A DNA stretch of 64,000 bases from Octopus vulgaris (taxonomy: Eukaryota): positions 2,108,001-2,172,000 of the forward strand of contig OX597830.1 of assembly GCA_951406725.2 (NCBI GenBank), in the 5' to 3' direction. The stretch's first letter is position 1. The number at the start of each line of letters is the position of its first letter. Made by a program: the position numbers and the translations under genes. Positions 57,501 through 64,000 of this stretch are shown here, one piece after another. Below the pieces are notes generated by a model. That model saw only the letters and a program-made list of their open reading frames with translations, made no database searches and was not told where the DNA came from.

Positions 57501-58055
57501 TACCCTGATGCAGTACCAGGCAGTGGCTCTCGTGGCTTCTGATCTTAACTGATTGGAAGTGTTATCATGTACATTGTTTTGTCTTGGTATAAAAGATGGA
57601 CTACAATAAATATTCTGCTCAATACCACAGATTTGCTTGTCAGTAGTTTGACCATAGCCAGTTGAGCATGTCCCTTAGTGGCTGATGGTATGTGCATCTC
57701 TAATCATGCGCAGAAGTAGTGGGGAGAGCATCATAGCCACGTGTTGAGAGGAATACTTTGGGGTTTGAATAATTCACCTCAGGAACACATTGGTGTTTCG
57801 TTCATCACTCTTAGACAACTCTTATTCAGGGACCTTTTGAGCAGAATGGACTACTTAACCTGAAGTATATTCTAACTGGGCCCCACCTGCAAGGTCATGC
57901 ACTGTTAATCTTGATATAAGATCACCATGTGGCGCACATACGGTTGTGATGCATGTACCTGGTGTACCCAAATCAGGCAGGTAGTCATGATGGGTATACT
58001 TGTCTTTGTATATTTTATCCCAGTGCCATTTTGAAGGCATGCACTGTTCTCTCAC

Positions 58056-58057
<2 letters not shown>
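57501..58057 (+). mobile_element. ~555-bp non-coding element embedded in (TAA)n, copy 2
   Basis: Colinear over its full length with the reverse complement of 28529-29083, with (AAT)n on both sides. Confidence 0.88.
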
Positions 58058-58128
<71 letters not shown>

Positions 58129-60339
58129 AATCGCAGTTATTGGGAAGTGATTAGTATGTGGTCATTATGGTAAGGTAGACCCAATGTGAGTGACAAGAGA
58201 AGAGAGAAATTGGATGGATCTTCATGGAGACATGTAATCAGTCGTCTCTGAGAAATAGAGGTCATTGAAAGGTTGCTAGAAGATGTAAAAAGCGGAAACT
58301 GTGTGTGTCTGTGGAACAAATATTGTTGTGGAGAGATTTTATATCAATCAGTCGGATGATCTTTCAGAGCAACGTAGTCAAGAATGTAGATATGTTGCAG
58401 CCCCGTAACAAGACTAGGAATATAAATCCGTTATTGGTTCTTTTAAGGATTGAGTTGGATCGATAACAGTTGAAAGCTGAAGTATTTTCTGTTAAAAATC
58501 AATAATAGGGTTTTAATACATATCAATGACTAATACAGCAATGTTATTATAGCAGGCTTTCACATCAAAATCTCCACATTCAGGTTAGGTTGACTTGAGT
58601 GATAAATTTTGTGTGTATAACTGTTGGTCAATTGTCTATCTGTTTGCTCTCTGTGTCTCTTACACACACATACACACAGACACACACATATTCACACGCA
58701 TGCACACACACAAACATTCATACGCATGCACACATATTTAGTATTCAGCCATGAAAGTGTACACTAAATGGCATGCTAGTTGAGTTGGTTCTCTCACCGA
58801 ATCATATATAATATATTTCAAGGCTGATTGAACAGTGTAGTTGAAAGGTGAACGAGTCTATAGCATATCTAATGGTGTGAATGTTTGTTCCATCCAACCA
58901 GTAACCGGCATTCACTCTTCCACACGAAATCGCTGTTCAAGCAGAGTTGTAGCCAGACATTACATTTAATTCGCCAATCATTATATACACGTACACTCGC
59001 ACATTCACGTATAAACGTAATGACACATACACACAGTTACAAAAATAGTTACACACACAAATTTATACACCCACATACAAAGTTTCACGCGCTCGTGCAG
59101 TCACATGCAAACACTTGTGCACAAAGTTATACACACACACAGAGTCTTAAGCACACATCACACATGCACATATACCCACATATATATATATACATACGTG
59201 TATTTATTCACACACATAGTTACATAATTGAGCTGAAATTCTTTTGTCACGCATCATATATTAAGGCGAGTTATATTATTACTTATTCTCTTATTCTCTT
59301 ACAACATAGTTGAAGTATTAACTTGCCTGATACTTCTGGGATTTTGAGATTTGTGGGAGAAAAGGGAGTAAGGATAACTGAGAGTTCCTTGTAATAGAAA
59401 TTTGGTGACAGAAATATTGTTTTGGCATTCGTAAGTTCTATTTGCATGCAACAGGTAAAACAAATGTTCACCTTTGATTTTGACTCTTTAATCTGTTAGA
59501 AATAATATTCCCTGGTGTGTGGTTTCCTGTTACTCACCGTTGCATGTTCTGAGGTGAATAAGTATTAAGTGTTCAGCTCAGTAACAACGCAATATCGACA
59601 TAGGTGCTGATCTACTTGGTCCTTCATCTTTTACATGCAATACATTTAGTGATTTGTCTGATCAAAACGTTTTCAGCATCATACTTACATTATAAATATC
59701 AGAAACGACTTTAGTGTATGTTTTCAATGATCAGCAGACTATTCCGATGTTCTTCAATAAAAAGTGAGATGTCCTAGCATTGACTCGGGGTACTACAATT
59801 TGAAATACCATATATCCTCGATTACTGGGGTGGGGTGAGGGGGGAGATTTTGTAAAGCAAAGTCAAATCTGCCATTGTAACTAACTATAAGGGTAGAGTG
59901 CTACAAAATGGAAGTAAAGGCAAGGTTCTTGATTTACTTCGGCATTCTATGAGAGAAAATAGAGTTTGTTCTCATATTTTTTTCTTTTTCCTTTAAGCTA
60001 ACTTTGAGCAAACAATTTGCTTCCAGACTGAAGATGGAATTATTGTCGCTTCTGGTGTTGTTGTTGTTGTTGTTGTCGATGTGGTCGTTGTTGTTGTTGT
60101 GGTGGTGGTTTAATTGAACAAACCTATCATTGAAAAGCATTCCACTGAACACTGTAAGATGCGTCTTTCCTCGCCTAAAACTGAGAGCTTTTATTTCGGG
60201 GATGTTTTTGACTATTATTTCAAACAGATCAAATGACTTCAAGGAGTCTTCTGGAAGCAGTTTAGGTATGATGTATAGCAGACAGAATCAAGAAGGGAGA
60301 TAATCGTCATCACCATCATCGGCGTCGTCATCAACTAGA

Positions 60340-60503
60340 GTTGCGGTCTGAGTCCAAATGTCGTTGATGTCGACTTTGCCTTTCAGCCTTTTGCGGCCAG
60401 TAAAATAAATACCAATCTCAGCGCTGGGGGGGGGGGGTCGATGTCATCGATTAGCGTCCTCTCTCAAAATCTCAGATCTAGCACTAAATTTAGAAAGGAT
60501 TAT
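60340..60503 (+). mobile_element. Decayed tRNA-derived SINE
   Basis: tctgagtccaaat..gtcgactttgcctttcagcctttt..taaaataaataccaa..ggggtcgatgtcatcga..tagaaaggattat. Confidence 0.75.
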
Positions 60504-61215
60504 CGTCATCTAGAATTCGCATAAAACCTGTGCAGAGAATTCGTAAATTTATGTAGGTTCGTGTGACTCAATGACTCTAAACTCCAGTTACAATGTTTCT
60601 GAAGAAAATATTTCAAATGTTTCTGACGACATCAAGAATGTAGGTTTCGAATGTCACTGTGGCTGACTTAAAGGAAAGTTTTTACTCAGCCAAATAGATG
60701 TTGTTATGCCAAAGCAAGAGGAGTTACGAGACGAAAGCAGAGGAAATTACTGGGCGGCGGCACCGAAGGTGTTTATTGAGTAGAACCAAGGGAGACTGAG
60801 TTTTAAAAAAGACTGTTGGTGAATGGAAACAAAAGAATTTGTTGAGATAAAACCTGAGAAGCTATTCCGTCAAATGAAGGAGAATCGTTGAGTTCAGTTG
60901 AAAGAGGTCAGGGAATCAGATCAATGAGCGGAGGTGAGAGGAGACAAGATGAGTGGCGAAGCGCTGTACAGTGGACAACTCCTAACCACTTCAAGAATAA
61001 ATAGACTTCATAAATATTAGACATTTATATTGAAATCAAGTTTATAATAAAGTGAAAATGTACATTGTAGAATAACAGATATTTACAGGCTTTGACTATC
61101 AGCTGTAAAAATTCCAGCGTTTGAATTTTACTGGAACTAAATTATGAATTTCGTTTGTGGAAAATCAATAAAATGACTACAAATAATGTACATATATGTG
61201 TGTGCGTAGTCGTGT

Positions 61216-61218
61216 GTG

Positions 61219-61263
<45 letters not shown>

Positions 61264-61524
61264 GTATATATATGTATATATGTATATATGTATATATATA
61301 TTTGTATATATGTATATATATATATGTATATATGTATATGTATATATGTATATATGTATATATATATATATATGTATATGTATATATATATATGTATATG
61401 TATATACATATACATATACATATATATATATACATATATACATATACATATACATATATACATATATACATATATATATATGTATATGTATATATATATA
61501 TGTATATGTATATATATATATATG

Positions 61525-61594
<70 letters not shown>

Positions 61595-61750
61595 CAGATA
61601 CATACATATATATGCATGCGTAAGAGTGTATATGTATCTATAAATACATATATATATATATATACATATGTATATGTATATATATATATAGACAGATACA
61701 TACATATATATGCATGCATAAGAGTGTATATGTATCTATAAATACATATA
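61216..61750. repeat. (TA)/(TATG)/(CATA) compound microsatellite with a ~58-bp local duplication
   Basis: Direct read; cagatacatacatatatatgcatgc.taagagtgtatatgtatctataaatacatata occurs twice (about 61595 and 61692). Confidence 0.9.
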
Positions 61751-61949
61751 CTCTATATAAATGTCTGTGAATATATATATATATATAAGTTCGTTCACTC
61801 ATATAAATACATTCCCTTACAAAGAAAATGCATTGCATCGAGATAAAAAACAATTCAAACATAAAAACAATCAATATTCTATGCATAGAAATAGTAATAC
61901 CACTTAGAAAACATATCTATTGCCAGATATAATTTTGAAAAGCACCACC

Positions 61950-61988
<39 letters not shown>

Positions 61989-62092
61989 ATGTCAATAGAC
62001 ACACATAGATTGACACAGCTATCTGTCTATCTATAAACCTTTCTCTCTGTCCCCGTGTGTGTGTATATATATATGTATACATGCTCACATGA

Positions 62093-62141
<49 letters not shown>

Positions 62142-63572
62142 CTACATATATAAATATATGTATATACACACCTACATACGCGTGCACACACACATGCAAG
62201 CATACATATGGCTCTATTTTCATTCAAAGGGAATCTTCATGAGGAACAACTTCCAAGAATAGATTTTGTTTCAATTTACTTATCTATTTTAAAGTTTTTT
62301 TTTTATTTTAAGTTATTTGAATATTAACATCAAAATCAGGAACTTTTCCGGGAATTAATATTATTATATCTGACGATATTTTGCAGTGTTCTGAGGCCAG
62401 TATAAAAGGCATATTTTATTACAGTTTAAAATCTCAGTGCAAAAATGTTAAAATATACAAAAAAAACCAACTTATAAATGAAAGAAAAATAATGATTAGC
62501 AATGATATAAACCTGAAACTGGAAATAGCAAACACTACTTGTAGTAATAGATACTAATATATATATAAATATGTGTGTGTGTGTGTGTATGTGTGTGTGT
62601 GTGTGTGTGTGCGTGTGTGTGTGAGTGTGTGTGCGTGTGTGTGTGAGTGTGTGTGTATAGTAATATTATTGATGTGTGTGTGCATGTATATATGTATGTA
62701 TAATGTATCATAATCATATATGAACTAGTTTCTATGGAACTTGAAAGGAAATATGTATAAATAAACATACACACATATATCATTAAGGGAGGGAGATAGT
62801 TTTGTAATGAAAGCTTAGAGTTACAAAATAAAGTACTCAATGCATGATCAAGTAGAGTGTGTTGTATTATTGGGTGAGACGTTTGAAGAAATCTATTTCG
62901 ATTCTATGGACTAATACAAATAGTAACAAACTTTTACATCTAGATTTCAAAGATTACTATGAGTTTATCTCAAAATTCTTGATGGTTGCAATCCTCTTCA
63001 CCTACACGGGATCAACAATCAACTTCAGAGATGAAAACAATTATACTAAAGCAGTTAAACATTCCTTCGGATATGAGTATGGGCACATCTTCGGTAGATA
63101 TTAAGGATTTTTGTTTGTGGTCTTACACTTACTATTAAATCTAGGTACCAGCTACAGAGGTTTATACTGGGATGCTGAGTTTATTCAACTTTGAAACTTC
63201 AATTTCCAACGCATACAGACATGGATTTTCTACAGAATTTTATAGTCTCTATCACCCAAGAAACAAATCACTCTTGGACAGTGACAATTTCGTAAACATG
63301 ACGCTATTAATGATTCATTGTATCATCCTTTTTGTAAACAAAATAAAACGTTAAGTCACATCCACAAACATTCAAACCACCCAGAAATCATCATCAAAAG
63401 CTTCATCTCAGTGTATCTGAACTCACTAAATTCTCAATTAATATGAAAATTGTCCTCAAATGAGGAATAGCATTAGAAATACCACCCGACTTTATTTACT
63501 TCTCCACCTCATAGTGTCCATGTTGTTATCAGAATGATGTTTGTTGCAACAAAATTAGGAAGCAGAAATACA

Positions 63573-64000
63573 TTTCTTCAACAACCCACAGATTGACTTA
63601 TTCTAATCCCTTTTCTTCAACAACCCACAGCTTGACTTTATTCTAATCTCTTTTCTTCAACAACCCACAGCTTGACTTATTCTAATCCCTTTTCTTCAAC
63701 AACCCACAGCTTGACTTATTCTAATCCCTTTTCTTCAACAACCCACAGCTTGACTTATTCTAATCCCTTTTCTTCAACAACCCACAGCTTGACTTTATTC
63801 TAATCCCTTTTCTTCAACAACCCACAGCTTGACTTTATTCTAATCCCTTTTCTTCAACAACCCACAGCTTGACTTTATTCTAATCCCTTTTCTTCAACAA
63901 CCCACAGCTTGACTTATTCTAATCCCTTTTCTTCAACAACCCACAGCTTGACTTTATTCTAATCCCTTTTCTTCAACAACCCATAGCTTGACTTTATTCT
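63573..64000. repeat. Minisatellite, 39/40-bp unit, about 11 copies, running off the window end
   Basis: Unit tttcttcaacaacccacagcttgactt(t)attctaatccct in near-identical head-to-tail copies with no spacers. Confidence 0.97.

Noticed and set aside
57501-57580. HDV-like, twister or hammerhead ribozyme at the 5' end of the 555-bp element
   Set aside because: CTGATGC lacks A9 and a matching GAAA, and I could not assemble P1/P3/P1.1 or twister pseudoknots by eye.
60600-60990. LINE remnant (also 8600-9000, 58140-58500 and 62940-63400)
   Set aside because: Composition suggests decayed LINE sequence, but no motif is clear enough to call.
61137-61741. Long YI/IY-rich ORFs (also at 16.1, 38.8, 42.4, 47.2 and 55.8 kb) and poly-N/I/L/E/V ORFs
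   Set aside because: They are translations of stop-free microsatellites.
63573-64000. CRISPR-like array
   Set aside because: Repeats are contiguous with no unique spacers, there are no cas genes, and the context is eukaryotic.

Overview
Eukaryotic, AT-rich, repeat-dominated non-coding DNA (intronic or intergenic). The density of (TA)n, (TAA)n, (GATA)n and (CA)n microsatellites and the SINE types suggest a cephalopod, probably Octopus; this is an inference. I found no credible host protein-coding exon, and nearly all ORFs in the track are microsatellite artefacts or decayed transposon frames. Supportable content: (1) many fragments of restriction-like-endonuclease non-LTR retrotransposons (R4/Dong type), stacked co-directionally in (TAA)n tracts at 29-33.5 kb; (2) a ~555-bp non-coding element embedded in (TAA)n, in two copies; (3) many tRNA-derived SINE copies; (4) a decayed mariner with TIRs; (5) RTE and other LINE remnants; (6) a 39/40-bp minisatellite. 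The most interesting signal is a set of small non-coding elements carrying hammerhead ribozymes. One is a fully paired type I hammerhead at 38518-38564 inside a ~456-bp direct-repeat unit (retrozyme or Penelope pLTR-like). The other family joins a tRNA-like Pol III head, an (AAT)n spacer and a minimal type I hammerhead, and occurs as head-to-head inverted dimers at 9.5-10.0 kb and 29.6-30.1 kb. A nested inverted-repeat complex at 14.6-16.2 kb and a perfect 48-bp palindrome at 41.4 kb also stand out. Boundaries of decayed elements are approximate.
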